From contig NC_073409.1 of the NCBI RefSeq assembly GCF_028641065.1, positions 11,036,001 to 11,100,000 of the forward strand: 64,000 bases of DNA, given 5' to 3'. The DNA comes from Leucoraja erinacea (taxonomy: Eukaryota). Below the pieces are notes generated by a model. That model worked only from the letters and a program-made list of their open reading frames with translations, did no database searches and was not told where the DNA came from. The position numbers were made by a program, and so were the translations under genes. Below are positions 49,919 through 63,065 of this stretch, in pieces. Position 1 is the stretch's first letter; each line of letters opens with the position of its first letter.

Positions 49919-51424
49919 ACCCACTCCCCCACCCCCTCCACCCACTCCTCTCCCCACTTCCCCACCCACCCCTCACTCCTCACCACCTTAACTTTATAGC
50001 GACTATTTTAAAACCCCGGGTCGAAGCTGCTTTTGGATATGTTTTGATTGCCGAGAGGTACAGTGAACGTCAGAAATAGATTGAGTCCGGGAGGCAGATT
50101 TTGTCCCATATCAGTTTATTTTTTACAGTAGTATCTGTTTTTGTTTGCTGCAGTCTCCCGTGCTGCTTCCAGTCCAACCTCCTACACTTTGAACGTGAAC
50201 AATGCCTCGTTAAATGAGGGTTCTAACAGTCTTACCCAGGTGGTACATGTTTCTGGATGGGCAGAAAAGCAGAGACAAGTTGGGCCGCGCCTGATCCAAG
50301 AACAGGAAAATTTGTTCTGTGCAGTGAGACCCCGCTGTGAAGGCTTCACTCGCGAACGCGACACATCAGATTCCACATTCAACCCAGGTTCACGTCCGAT
50401 GGGAGGCAGGGAAGTGTCGAGCCGGGAGCAGAGGCGGTGTGTTCCCCGCGGGTGGGTTCGCCGTGTGTGAGGGGGAGTAAGAGGAGGTTCCCCCAGGGGC
50501 AAGTGCAGGAAGATGGTGGAGCGGTAGAGGGGTTTCCCTGGGGGGGGGAGTGGAGATGGGGTGACCCCAACATACTGACGTCACCGTTTGCCACAGAGGC
50601 GACAAACAGCACTGGATCCTAACTTTGGGAACCCAGTCCCAGCAACTCCCGCGAATATAACAACAGAAACAAACACATTCCTTGTAATTCCCGGGTTTCC
50701 AGAACTCTATTTTTGAAATAAGGGATGGGATTGTCAGGCTGAAGCGTCGCGGACTGCGTTCATTGGGCTGCCCGCTCAGGTTAATGTCATTCCTCCCTCT
50801 CTCCCACCCCCATCAGCAAGGGAACGACCCGCCCACCTGCATCTGAAGTGACAACTGGCTGCGTTAACCCTTCAACCACCAACGTCTCCCCACTAGGCAA
50901 CTGACCAGTTTACCAACCAGTCATTAATTAATCTCCTTTACAGATAGTCTTGCTATTCGGTTCATTTTGTTTTTAGAGGTCGGGCTGTGTTTGAATTGAC
51001 TCCTGTCGCTACAGCTCAGATGGGCCCGGGCATGCATCAGGGAACCACTTCCTCCCATTGCCTCCACAGTACCCCCCTAGGCAGAGGAAGATTTAAAACT
51101 ATTCCACCCAATCTGGTTCTGTTTAACTCATTGTGTCCAGAGATTAAGGGATTAGAGTCATAATAGGAGATGAGGAGGACATTCTTTAGTCAGGGGGTGG
51201 TGAATCTGTGGAATTTATTATCACAGACGGCTGTGGAGGCTGTTAATGAACATTTTTAAGGCGTAGATGGACATATTATTGAGAGTAAGGGTGTTGGGTT
51301 ATGAGGGAAAAGGCAGGAGAATGGGGTTGAGAGGGGAATATAGATCAGTCATGATTGAATGGTGTAGATGTGATCGGCCGAATGGCCTAACTGTGCTCCT
51401 AGAACTTAAGAACATATCCATATA

Positions 51425-51685
51425 TCATGAACATTGACTCCTCCAATTTCAGGTAGTCCATGCTTTCTCCCTCCTTCCACTCCCCTCCCAACTCTCCCAC
51501 AGCCTACTGTCTCTTCCTTTCTTTTTCCCGCCCCCCCCCCACCCCCCATCAGTCTGAAGAAGGGTCTCGACCCGAAACGTCGCCTATTCCTTCGCTCCAT
51601 AGAAGCTGCCTCACCCGCGGAGTTTCTCCAGCATTTTTGTCTACCTTCGATTTTTCCAGCATCTCTGTAGTTCATTCTTAAACAT
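51425..51685 (+). mobile_element. PLE 3' repeat with an intact minimal hammerhead ribozyme core
   Basis: CAGT CTGAAGA A GGGTC TC GACCC GAAA CG TC at 51550-51581; same tail as the GIY-YIG-bearing copies at 10300-11452. Confidence 0.8.
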
Positions 51686-53155
51686 ATACCTGCCCCAATG
51701 TCTTTTAAATGTTGTTATTGCACCTGCCTCAGCTATTTGCTCTGGCACCTCCTTCCATATACCACAACCTGGATTCTGAAACACTCAACCCCAGGATTTG
51801 TGGGCTTGTCCCTCCCTCTCCCACTGGCAGTCCCACAAGCTCTGGTTTCTCTCTAAAGGTAAACAATTTGCCATTGTGGCTGTACCTTCAGCTGCCAAGG
51901 CTGAGCTCGGAGCCTCTCTCATTTTAAGAAGTTCCTTAAAACCAGCCTGTTTGCCCAGAGTTGCTGTGGCTTGGTGTCAGATGAATCATGTCAGTAGGAC
52001 ACCATCTGTCCCTTAATGATCCCCGTGTGGTGTAAAGAAGAATGTCTGCACCTTTGGTCGACACATCTCCTGCCATGTTATCAGTAAGGTTGAACACTCT
52101 TGGATTATAACACCTCTATTTGCTTCCAAGAAAATAATTGCCTTGTTACCAGGTCAGCTAGTTCTTGTGTTAATGGAGGGAACTGATTTGGAGGAATGTT
52201 AGATTCTGAGCTGCCTCCTGGCACCAGGTCAGAGCTGCTGCCTCCTGTTGTCAGGCTTTTGATCACAGCTCAATGTCCCAGAGCAGTTCAGTAGAGAGTC
52301 AATGTTATTTATAGAGAACATGCCATCGGCTGCTGCTTTGTGTGCGATGGTGATGCAGCTGTGAGCTGGAGGACTGTTGGCGGGCAGTCACGGGCAGCAT
52401 CCTCCCTTCTCCCTCCCCTCCCTCCCTCCCAATCTGTTCCTTCTCTGACCTTGAAACTCCAAAACTGTTTGAACTTGGCAGCCTCAGGGAGGCTGTCTGT
52501 GCCATTGTATGTTCTGTGTGCCATCTACAAATTAGGCTCCTGTAGCAACCAGTGCTGCCATTCTAGCCTCACTGTGGGAAGGGGTGAATTTGATCTGGAT
52601 GGATGCAGCTGGTGATTTCAGATGGATTAGTCGGGCAGTGGTGAGCAGACTCTGCCAGGGACAACTGCCAGCTCCCTGTACACTGGGTTAGGGGGATGGC
52701 ATGAATGCTAGTCTGTTGTCAGTGTGGACCATGAGGTCCGGAGTGGATCATCTTTATCACAGAGCCTTGGTGTACCTGGGTCCAGCCATCTCACTCAAGT
52801 TTCCGGCATCTGTTCTGCTGTCATTCTCTTGCACCCAAAATGGTCCCAGATACGAAATGCCAAGATCATTAATTTTGGGGATTTTCTGTAGCGCTGTCAC
52901 CTGGAGCAGATGACCCAGTGCATCATACTATTCCTGTCTTCATACTTGGATACTGAAAGCAGCAGTGCGCTTACTGCAGGCTCAGTATGTCACAGGAATC
53001 GGAGCAATGGATCAGTACAGCATGACAACACTTACTTATCATTGGCTCTGCAAACTGTTTAATGCCATAGCCAGTCATTAGTGGGTTCCTGCTGGGCAGT
53101 ATGTGGCGCTGATGGATTCTGTAGTTCAGGCCTGCCCTGGCGATTTAATCTGAAC

Positions 53156-53283
53156 GTAGACCAAAGTGCTGGAGAAACTCAGCGGGTGCGGCAGCATCTA
53201 TGGAACTCCCGCACCTGCTGAGTTTCTCTGGCACTTTTGTCTACCTTCGATTTTCCAGCATCTGCAGTTCCTTCTTAAACATA
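53156..53283. mobile_element. Palindromic PLE-derived mini-element with 10-bp TSD
   Basis: Inverted arms gtagaccaaagtgctggagaaactcagcgggtgcgg and ccgcacctgctgagtttctctggcacttttgtctac; direct repeat TAATCTGAAC at 53146-53155 and 53284-53293. Confidence 0.8.
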
Positions 53284-53670
53284 TAATCTGAACACCAGGT
53301 TTAACGAACAATCCATACTCCCTCCTTCCCAACACGTTTGATTGGAAATAGCAAAAACAAAACTAAAAGCATTGCCTTTTTGAAGGTCTAGGCTTTGGTA
53401 TGTGAACTTCTGACTAACTATTCTGCTCTCACCTGCACAGTTGGAGAGAGAGAGGTTAGCAGAAATGAGGTCAAAAAGCCAATGGCAGTTCGCTTCTTAA
53501 AGTCCCCGTTGGTGCTGTTTCGGGCATCACCTATGGGCAGTCATTGCCTAACATCTCCTACCACGCCTTATGCCTACTGTTCAGCAAAGTATGACGTGGT
53601 CCAGCTGATCTCCCACGGTTCAGGTGGACTGTTTACTGGCTGAATCCCTGCTTAAATAGTTCCAATACCA

Positions 53671-54833
53671 CTAGGAATGGACCTTTGAACTGGGATTTCC
53701 GATGAGATAAACAAACCCTGCATTTAGATACTGAGATCATTTAACAGACAAACGAGGCAAGTCTCTGCAACCTTCTGCTGAGAGTTTGGAACAGATCTCA
53801 CACCCAGTGTCCAGTCAGCCTTGATCAAAAACAAAGCAAAAAACATTGAACTTTTTTTGTGGATTTAGTGTTTTTGTGTTGATTGCTGTCCAAAGTACGT
53901 CACCAGCTCAACTGAATGGTTTACACAAGGTTAATAAGTCTTTTGTACACATATCCCTGGTATGTTAGTCACAAGGTGTTTGGAGAATGTCGTTCATGAT
54001 GCAGCCATTGAGCTGTGGAGCCCGGTGAATGTCGATGGGTGGAATAAGGAGGATTTGAAGGGAAGACAGAGGTTGTGGGAATGGAGCGAGATGTCAAGGA
54101 CATCGAAGGAAGAGTCATATTCTTACCCTCAAAGTTTCTCTGAGTTATTGAACTTGATTCACTGCTGGACAATATTGGGAGCTAATATCAAGGCTGTCAG
54201 CAACCTTGTCATACCATGACTTTGGGCTGACCTGCTTTTACAGAGGGTGTGTGGCAATTAATACATCGTGTCTCTCTGTTTGCAGTATCCCCGTACACAG
54301 ACGTACCTCCTCTTCAATAGATGCTCCTTGCTCTCGATTGCCAGAACCTCCCTTGTGCCCCTTTCCCAATTACATGACACTTGACAGCAGCACCAGGTCT
54401 GAGGTGGTTACAGCCCAGACTCTCAGTCTGACACCTCGCCAGGATCTGTGCATCTCCAGCAATGGGGTCAGAGTCGTACAACACAGAACCCCTTCAGCCT
54501 GCCAAGGCCATGCTGTTCTTTTTGTGCATCTCCATTCATCCAATTTGTTGGCATTAGATGCATACCTTGATCCACAGCAGTAAGATTCCATTCAGTTGAG
54601 CTGGTGATGTACTTTAGACAGCAATCAACAAAAAAACACTAAATCCACGAAAAAATCTCAATGTTTTTAGCTTTGTTTTTGATCAAGGCTGACTAGACAC
54701 TGGGTGCGAGATCTGTTCCAAACTCTCAGCAGAAGGTTGCAGGAACTCGCCTTGTTTGTCTGTTAATGATCTCAGTATCTTAATGCAGGGTTTGTTCATC
54801 TCATTGGAAATCCTAGTTCAAAGTCGTTCCTAG
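53671..54833. repeat. Long inverted repeat (arms 53671-53919 and 54588-54833), probable non-autonomous DNA transposon
   Basis: Arms are reverse complements over about 250 bp with scattered mismatches; spacer about 670 bp. Confidence 0.85.
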
Positions 54834-56142
54834 GTCCTTGGGAGTTCCTAGAATTAGACCTACTGAAGATAAATGACCACCTATATATTTCCAAGTAAGG
54901 ATGATGAATGACTTGGAAGGTAGCTACAGGGAATGATTGTCCTTGTACCAACTGCCCTTGTCTTTGGTGGCTGAGCTTATAGGTTTGAGATGTGGAGTCA
55001 GAGGCACCTAAACAAGGAACTGCAGTGCATTTTGTAGAAATGCCACAGATGACAACCATGGTGTGTTGGTGAAGAAGAGAATGAATCTTTCGAGTCATTG
55101 TGGTTTGTTCTGCTTGGTGTTGAGCTTTGAGAAATTTGGGGCAGATTCCATCCTGGACTCCATCCTCCATAACTGGAGCGTATTCCACCACACTTCTGCT
55201 CCTCCCTCACTCCCTGACATCTTCTGTCCCAACTGGCAGAGTGGGCAAGCTCCAAGTCCCAGTAACCTTCCCTCCCTCCTGTCTCCCTGCATCAATAATT
55301 CACAGCACAGCTCGCAAGGTGATCTGATCCCGTCTCTGAATTATTCACTTGGTTGCTCTCCTTGGTGAGGGGGGAAGGGGGGGGGGGGGGGTGGCTTCCA
55401 TTTAAATCCTTCCTCTGGCTTCACTTTTTATCTCGCTGCCTTCTGTCTTTTTCATCTCTAAACTTTGCCCACCCAACAACCAACACAACCCCTCTCAACT
55501 GTATCCTCCTATCGCTTGCTAGGCTTGAATAAAGCCTGCCCCCATTTCCTTTACGTTCCGTGAGCACCTGTGTTTTACAAGTTGGAATCACCATCCATAT
55601 CTCCTGCCCGAAATAACGCACTGAGTCTGAAGAAGGGTCTCGACCCAAAACACCACTTGTCCAGCTTCTCCAGTGATGCTTGCTGAGTTACCCCAGCACT
55701 TTGTGTCCATCACTGGGAGTATTAACTCTCTCAACTGCACCCAGGGGCACTTTCTGCAGCACGAGGCCTTCTGGGTAAGCACTGCCGCCATTGCCGGCTT
55801 GTTTCCAATATAAACTTGAGTGATCATTGTGTTGTGGAAATTACAAACTGCCTTGATTGCGCTGAGTACAGAATTTTTAACGTATGTGCGAGTTTACGTA
55901 ATAGACAATGGAGGACTCGGTGTGGGGGAGGGGAGGGGGGGGGAACAAAGGGGGACCTGGCATGGGGTGTGATTAGTAACTTTGTAAGCAACCTTTATGG
56001 GTGACTATTTGCAAACCTTGGTTATGCAAGCAAAGAATTCAATTCAATGTAAGTTGCTTATTGCGCAAGTTTGGTTGTGTCTGTATTTGCATCTCATCTG
56101 TTGTCGACTCAGTGGTGACCTCCTTCTCCCACTCCATTCCAG

Positions 56143-56299
56143 CGAGCAGCCGATCTTCACCAGCAAAGCTCATGTCTTCCAGATCGACCCCACCACCAAG
56201 AGGAACTGGCTGCCCTCCGGCAAATACCCGCTCACCGTCTCATACTTCTACGATGGATCGAGGAACAGTTATCGCATCATCAGCGTGGACGGAGCCAAG
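56143..56299 (+). CDS. HOMER2: HOMER2 coding exon 2 (EVH1 domain)
   Basis: 157 nt, ccag|...|gtcagg; [52 protein letters not shown]; [13 protein letters not shown] and the gene neighbours indicate HOMER2. Confidence 0.95.
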
Positions 56300-58049
56300 G
56301 TCAGGGGTCAGAGGCAACAAGGGGCCATGGGTTGGCGGCACGGCGGGTGGCTGGACTGGGAAAACGGGTGGGAGAATGTGGAGAGATGGAGAATGGGGGC
56401 GAGGGTGGGAGAATCAGCAGGGCTGAGGAGGCAAGACAGAGGCGCACAAACTGAGAGATGCTTTCACCTGCAGTTGATGTCTGAGTGGACAGGTTTGGTA
56501 ACAGCTGGAGGAAAGTGGCAGAGGTTGGAGGTGGGGTGGGGGTTGGGTGGTTGCTGCATTGGGGGCACGCCCAATAGAAGTGGGGCCTGCAAGGGGGGGG
56601 GGAGAAGGATTGGACCTGAGTGTAAAGGGAAAGACAGAGGAACAACAGGGGTCAAGGGACATTGGGAGTGAGGTTAAGGGCCATAGAGGGGTGGGACAAG
56701 GTGCGTAAAGTCCAGAGTGAGGATGAATGATCTGGAAGGATGAGAGTGGCCTTGGAGGTTGAGACAGAGGGTGGGTAATAGGCCAGGTCCAGGGCAGGTG
56801 GGAGGCTCCGTAGGATGATAGAGGCCTGAGTTGTGGCATTGGAAGCAACAGCAGGGGTAGGATGACGGTGATGCTGAGGATAGTGTTGAATGAACCCGGG
56901 AGAGGCTTTTACCTCGAATGCAATTGGACTGGATGGCTAGGAATAAGGTATCTTTTGCTGTGTTGCCATGGTTACATCATTTTGCATGCTGATATCTCAG
57001 AGCTAAAACAGGCTCTGAAGTGTGTGTGATTTTTGTGGGGGTGTCACAGACCATGGATATAATCTCAGAACAAACATTTCACGCTAAGCCTCTACTGCTT
57101 ATTGACTGCATTCCCTTTACTATGACAATAGACAATAGTTGCAGGAGTAGGCCATTTGGCCCTTCGAGCCAGCACCACCATTCAATGTGATCATGGCTGA
57201 TCATCCCCAATCAGTACCCCGTTCCTGCCTTCTCCCCATATCCCCTGAATCCCCTATCTAGCTCTCTCTTGAAAGCATCCAGAGAACCAGCCTCCACCGC
57301 CCTCTGAGGCAGAAAATTCCACAGACTATGGGGAGGTTAGAGTATGAAAGTGGGCCTTTCAGCCCATCAAATCAATACCAGCCATATCCTTTACCACACC
57401 CCTGCAAATCCTCTCCTGGCTAAGACTAATCAGCTCCTTCAGGGACACTATATTTGGACCCACCTCTCTGTGGCAGATTCCAGACTCCAACAAGCCATAT
57501 GCAAAAGTACAGTGAGGTACAGGTAAATGAAAATCAAGCTTGCAGCAGCATTACTGGCATATAGACTCGGACCACACACTAAACATAAATTAAATATCAT
57601 TTACACCATTTCTGTAAGACATTTTTGAAAGAAACTCGTTTCAACCAACGTCTTGTTTTTTTGCATAATTCTTTTCAAACTCTGTGGTTGTGCAACAGAT
57701 CGTCCATAGTGTTCTGTTGCTGAGATAGGATTAATGTTGTGCAAACCAGTCAAAACCGAATGGTAGTAGGGATGTAGTTGTTCCTGAACCTGGTGATGGC
57801 AGTGGTGTTGGTTTATTATTGCCATGTGTATTGAGGTACAGTGGAATAACTTTGTTTTGCATGTTATCTTGGCATATCATGCCATGCATGAGCACAAGTG
57901 GTAGAGCAGAAGTGAAAATAAATAAGAGTATAAAATATATGGGGGGAGATTAGCCCAGATGGTGGATCTGCTGCCTCGCAGATCAATCCTGACCTCGGGT
58001 GCTATCTGTGACGTCTGCCTGTTCTCCCTATGACCACGTGTATTTTTGC

Positions 58050-61000
58050 CGGGAGTCATAGAGTGATACAATGTGGAAACAGGCCCTTCAGCCCAACTTG
58101 CCCATACCGGCCAACATGTCCCAGCTACACTAGTTCCACTGGTCCATATCCTATCCATGTACCTTGTCTAACTGTTTCTTAAACGTTGGGATACTTCCAG
58201 CCTCAACTACCTCCTCTGGCAGCTTGTTCCATACACCCACCATCCTTTGTGTGAAACAGTTACCCCTCAGATTGCTATATAATCTTTCCCCCTTCACCAT
58301 AAACCTGTGTGCTCTGGTCCTCGATTCTCCCTCACAAAAGATTCTGTGTATCTACCCGATTTATTCCTCTCATGATTTTATACACCTCTAAAAGATCACC
58401 CCTCTTCCTCCTGCGCTCCAAGGAATAGAAATCAGCCTACTCGACCTCTCCCCATAGCTCAGTAGAGAGAATGATGGAGTTGTGAGCGATCTTTGCTAAT
58501 GTTATCTGAGGCCACATGAACTATATTATCCATGGCATTAACATAAATGACAAGAACAGTGGATGGTACCAATCCCTGGGGCATATTGTTGGCCACAAGC
58601 CTCCAATCCGGAAAACAATCCATCACTACCATCTTCTGGCTTTTTCCACCAAGGCAATGTTGTGTGTAATTGGCTAGCTCACCCTGGATCCCATGTGATC
58701 TAACCTTTTAGACCAGCCTACCATGTGAGATCCTGTCAAAAGCCTTGCTGTAGACCTGCCCTCATCATTGAGACACAACACAAGCTAGTCCCATTTGGCC
58801 CACATCCCTCCAAACCTTTCCTATCTATGTACCTTCCAAATGTCTTTTAAATGTTGTTATTATACCTGCCTCAACTCTCTCCTCTGACAGTGCATCCCAT
58901 ACACCCACCACCCTCTGTCTGAATTAGAACAGGATCAATTATTTTGGTCACTGTTTTTAAAAATAAAACCAAAGTCATGAGGCACAATTTCCTACACAGA
59001 AAGCCATGTTGAATGCCCCCCTAATCAGTCCTTGTTGTTCCAAATGCACAAAGTTCCTGTCTCTCAGATTCCCCTCCAGTAACTTGCCCACCATGGAAGT
59101 AAGACTCACCAGTCTGCAGCTCCCAGACATTTCCTTACAGCCCTTCTTAAATAAAGAGGCACTATTAGCCAATTTCCAGTCTTACAGAACTTCTTGTGGC
59201 TAAAGAAATGTAAATATCTCTGCTAGGCCTCGACCTTCCCACAATGTTCCAGGTTGGTGCACCAGGGATTCATCCATCATTATGTGCTTTAAGACTTCCA
59301 GCACCAAAGATCACAGAGCTCCACTCTATAATCTTTGGCCAGCACCACCTTTTTATAATGTGGACATGTTTCAAGACACAATCACAATACACTTCCCTGG
59401 ATTCCCTTCCTTCCACGACCTTCACTGCAGTAAATACTGATGAGAAATATCCATTTAAAACCTTGCCCATTTCCAGTGGCTCCAGAAAGATGAGAGGGGA
59501 AAGATTTGAAAGAAACCGGAGAGGTAGTTTCTTCACACAGATGGTAGTTTGCATGTAGAATGAGCTGCCAAAAGAACATGTAGACGCAGGTATGTTGTCG
59601 ACATTTAAACAGGTGCATGTCTGTATGACTCTGAGGCGTGGATGTATACTATGCACCTATTTGTTCCCCTTGCATTTTGCTTTTAAAGTATTTAATTTTT
59701 TTTGGCGTCTCCACTGCCTTATCTGACAAATATGTACCCTCTTTGCTCTCCTAATTTCACTCTTAAGCATATTCATACAATCCCTATACTCAAGGGATTT
59801 GCATGAGCATAGTTGCCAATATTTAGCAATACACCTTTTTCCTCATTAGAGCTTCAATGTCTCTCATCAACCAAGGTTCTCAAATCCTGCTACTCTGACA
59901 GTTGCATGCTGGCCCTGAATTCCCCCTAGCTCACTCTTAAAAGTCTCCCTCTAGCCAGAATTTTTATAACCTTCTAATGGCCTAAAAAAACAACCTGTTC
60001 CAGTCAAATGCCATCAAAATTAGCTCCTCAAAAGAATTGTCAGATTTATGTGATGTGATTTTCCCCATCGCAAAGCCATGCTGACTATCCCTTATCAGTC
60101 CCTGTCTTTCCAAATGTATGTATATCCTGTCAGATAGAAATTTCTCCCCAATAATTTCACCACTGGCCTGTAGTGACCCAGTCTGCTGCCTTTAAATAAA
60201 GAAAAGACTATCCTAGACTGGGTATAGATGGGATTTACTCATCTTGTCACGTGGCCCATTAAGGAAGAATGACCATAATATGACAGACTGGAAAGTGTAG
60301 AAGTTCAATCCAAAACTAGGATCCTAAATATAAACAGAGGGAAGTACAGATGAATGAATTGGCTGTGATGGGGGTTGGGAGGTTCACTGGAAAGTAATGA
60401 CAGTGGAAGAGCAATAATTAATGTTTAAGGAATCAATGCAGGAACTGAAACAGTCATACATTCCTGACTGGTATTGAAAATATTTTTAAATAACTCAACC
60501 ATGCTGAACAAAAGTAGTTAATGATAGTGTGTAAGGAGGAACTGCAGATGCTGGATTAGTATTGGATCTAATCAGGAGTGAGACCTGATTGCCGAACAAA
60601 GGAGAAAGTGAGCCTCGGGTAGTTTAGATTTCAGCAAAGGACGGAGAAACTGTTCCATAAAATAAAAATACTGTATAAAAGTAGCAGGGAACATAAAAGT
60701 GGATGTATACGGTTTGAAAAAAATGAAGGGGAATAAGGGAGTGACAGAGCAATTAAATATATACAATAGTTCTAGCACCATGGAAAAGGAAGTAACCAAC
60801 CTTCCGGAGATGTTATTGAATAAGAATCTAATCAAGCTGATGAAATGGAGGAAATTGTATTAATAAGTGTATGAGTCTTAAAGCTGATAAACCCCCAGAC
60901 CCTGATGATCTACATCCCAGAAAACAGAAGGAGGCAGGGTGGAGGTGTGGATGAGGAATTCTATAGATTCTGGAACAGTCCCCACTGTTTGATGGCTGGC

Positions 61001-61740
61001 AAATGTAATGGACCAATGTGGGAGGAAACCCCCACAGGCACTGGGAGACTATACATAGACAGCACCAAAGGTCAGAAATGAACTCGGCTCCTGGATTATG
61101 AGAGAGTGGCGCTACTTGTTACCTGCTGCAGCTGTTGTAAGGGAAGGATGTATAATGTAAGTGGTGTTAGATTGGGAAGCATTGATGGACAGACCTTGTT
61201 TACCAGACTCGAGAAGCAAACGTAGGTATAGTAAGTAGTTAAATAGGGAACAGATATGTCGGCCTTCACTGCAAGGTGACTTGAGTCCAGGAGCAAGGAC
61301 ATCTCACAATCTCACCAAGATCTCTGGTATAGTACTCAGTTTTGGTTAGCTCACCTAAGACAGGAAATACCTGCCACAGAGAGATTGCCCAGAAGGTTCT
61401 GACCCCTGGGATGGCAGCATTGTAGCTCTGAGCAGAGACAGAACTGATTGGGTTTATATTCACAGGAGTTAAGAATGAAGGGGAATCTGATTGAAAGTTA
61501 CAAAATCCATTAAAAACATTTTAAAGATATGTTGACAGGTACATGGATAGAAATGGTTTAGAGGGATATAGTCCAAAGGTGGCAGGTGGGACTAGCATAG
61601 ATGGGGCATTTTGGTCAATATGGGCAAGTTGTGCTGAAGGGCTTGATTCCGTGCGGTATAACTCTATTCTGTGTGGCCATGACAGAGAGGGAGGAGGAGA
61701 GAAGATCTTTCCCCTGGTTGGGTGTCTAGAACAAGGGGTG
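58050..61740. mobile_element. Cluster of degenerate CR1-type LINE and SINE fragments on both strands
   Basis: Remnants such as ANSASLFKKGCKEMSGSCRLVSLTSMVGKLLE, EMGKVLNGYFSSVFT and RGSFFTQMVV; several CR1 3' ends. Confidence 0.7.
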
Positions 61741-61855
61741 TGTGGCGGGTTATGGGCCTGTGGGTGGGGGGGTGGAGGGCATGAGGTGAGGTGTGGAGAC
61801 TGTCTTTGTGAGAAGGATAAGCTATTGAATAAGAGCCGAGTGCGTGTTCCTGCAG

Positions 61856-61987
61856 GTGGTCGTGAACAGCACCGTCACCCCCAACATGACCTTCAGCAAA
61901 ACCTCACAGAAGTTCGGCCAGTGGGCAGACAGCAGAGCGAACACCGTCTTCGGTCTGGGCTTCCCCTCAGAGCTGCAGCTGAGCAAG
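61856..61987 (+). CDS. HOMER2: HOMER2 coding exon 3
   Basis: 132 nt, gcag|...|gtgggc; [44 protein letters not shown]. Confidence 0.95.
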
Positions 61988-62201
61988 GTGGGCCCGAGGG
62001 AGGAGGGGTGCACGGGGGGTGGGTGGGGGAATAGAGGGGAGGGAGGAGGATTGCGAGAGGAGGGGAGGGTAGTGGAGGTTGTGGGGGGGGGGGGGGGGGT
62101 GGGAATCGCAGAAGGTGGGTGCGAGAGGCCTCTGATCCTTCAACTAACCTCGTGCTGGGCGTGGTGTCTGCATCCCCCCCCCCCCCATCCCTGTGTTACA
62201 G

Positions 62202-62294
62202 TTCGCCGAGAAGTTCGAGGAGGTGAAGGAGGCGGCGAGGTTGGCGAGGGACCGCTCACAGGAGACGACAGAGAGTTGCAGCACCCACTCCCAG
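62202..62294 (+). CDS. HOMER2: HOMER2 coding exon 4
   Basis: 93 nt, acag|...|gtgcct; [31 protein letters not shown]. Confidence 0.93.
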
Positions 62295-62943
62295 GTGCCT
62301 GACAGAGCTGGGGTCGGGTCGGGTCATGGGCCGAGGAGGGACGGCAATAAGCTCAGTAGCTCCGTGGGCCGGTGACAGTCAGTCAGGATTGGCCCCATAC
62401 CCCTCTCCCCCTGCAGCGATCATGACACAGCATACTCCCCCGCCCCCCCAAATGCACCTCAGTCATTCTGCTGGAGATCTTTTGGGTTCTGATAACAACC
62501 TGCTTTTCTATTTCTCAGGAATGTATTTACCATTACTTGCCTTGGGCTGATCGGCAAGTCTTTGCACTCGTTCATTGGCCAGTGAGTACAACGGTTTAGC
62601 AGCGTTTCTAGTTAAACCTCTGCCCTCGCTGGCCAATCATCTACCTGGCGACCAGTGACTTTATCACTAGTCCCGTCCCACCACGGGCCGTCACTCTCTC
62701 ACTCTCTCGCTGCATCCACCACCCAACCACTCCACACTGCCCTCTCTCCGTTTTCAAAGAGGGGCTCTTACTCCAGTAGCCTCAGCGAGGAACTGGGTGC
62801 CTGGTACGCGCCGGGCATGACAGTCCCACCCATTCTGCAGCTTCACGGGCACATTAACACAACAACACAAGGTAACAAGACCAGAAGACTGAAGGATATG
62901 TTCCTGAGTTGTGGTTTCACCGGTTCTACACTGTTTATTTCAG

Positions 62944-63065
62944 GAGTCCAGTCATGAGGCCCCAACCTCACCACAAGCATCGAGTGTGAATGGAACCAAC
63001 GATGAGAAAGGCGATGGCCCGTCCACCATTGAATCCCTCCTGAGGAGTAACAACCACCGGATCAA
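62944..63065 (+). CDS. HOMER2: HOMER2 coding exon 5; gene presumably continues past the right edge
   Basis: tcag|GAG TCC...ATC AA|gtgagt; ESSHEAPTSPQASSVNGTNDEKGDGPSTIESLLRSNNHRI vs human ESGRETPSSTQASSVNGTDDEK...LKSENDKLK. Confidence 0.85.

Noticed and set aside
49585-50079. ORFs spanning the N run
   Set aside because: Artefacts of translating through the assembly gap.
55997-56671. 224-aa ORF as an intronless or extended Homer protein
   Set aside because: Only 56143-56299 is Homer-like and it is bounded by canonical splice sites; the flanks are G-rich intron.
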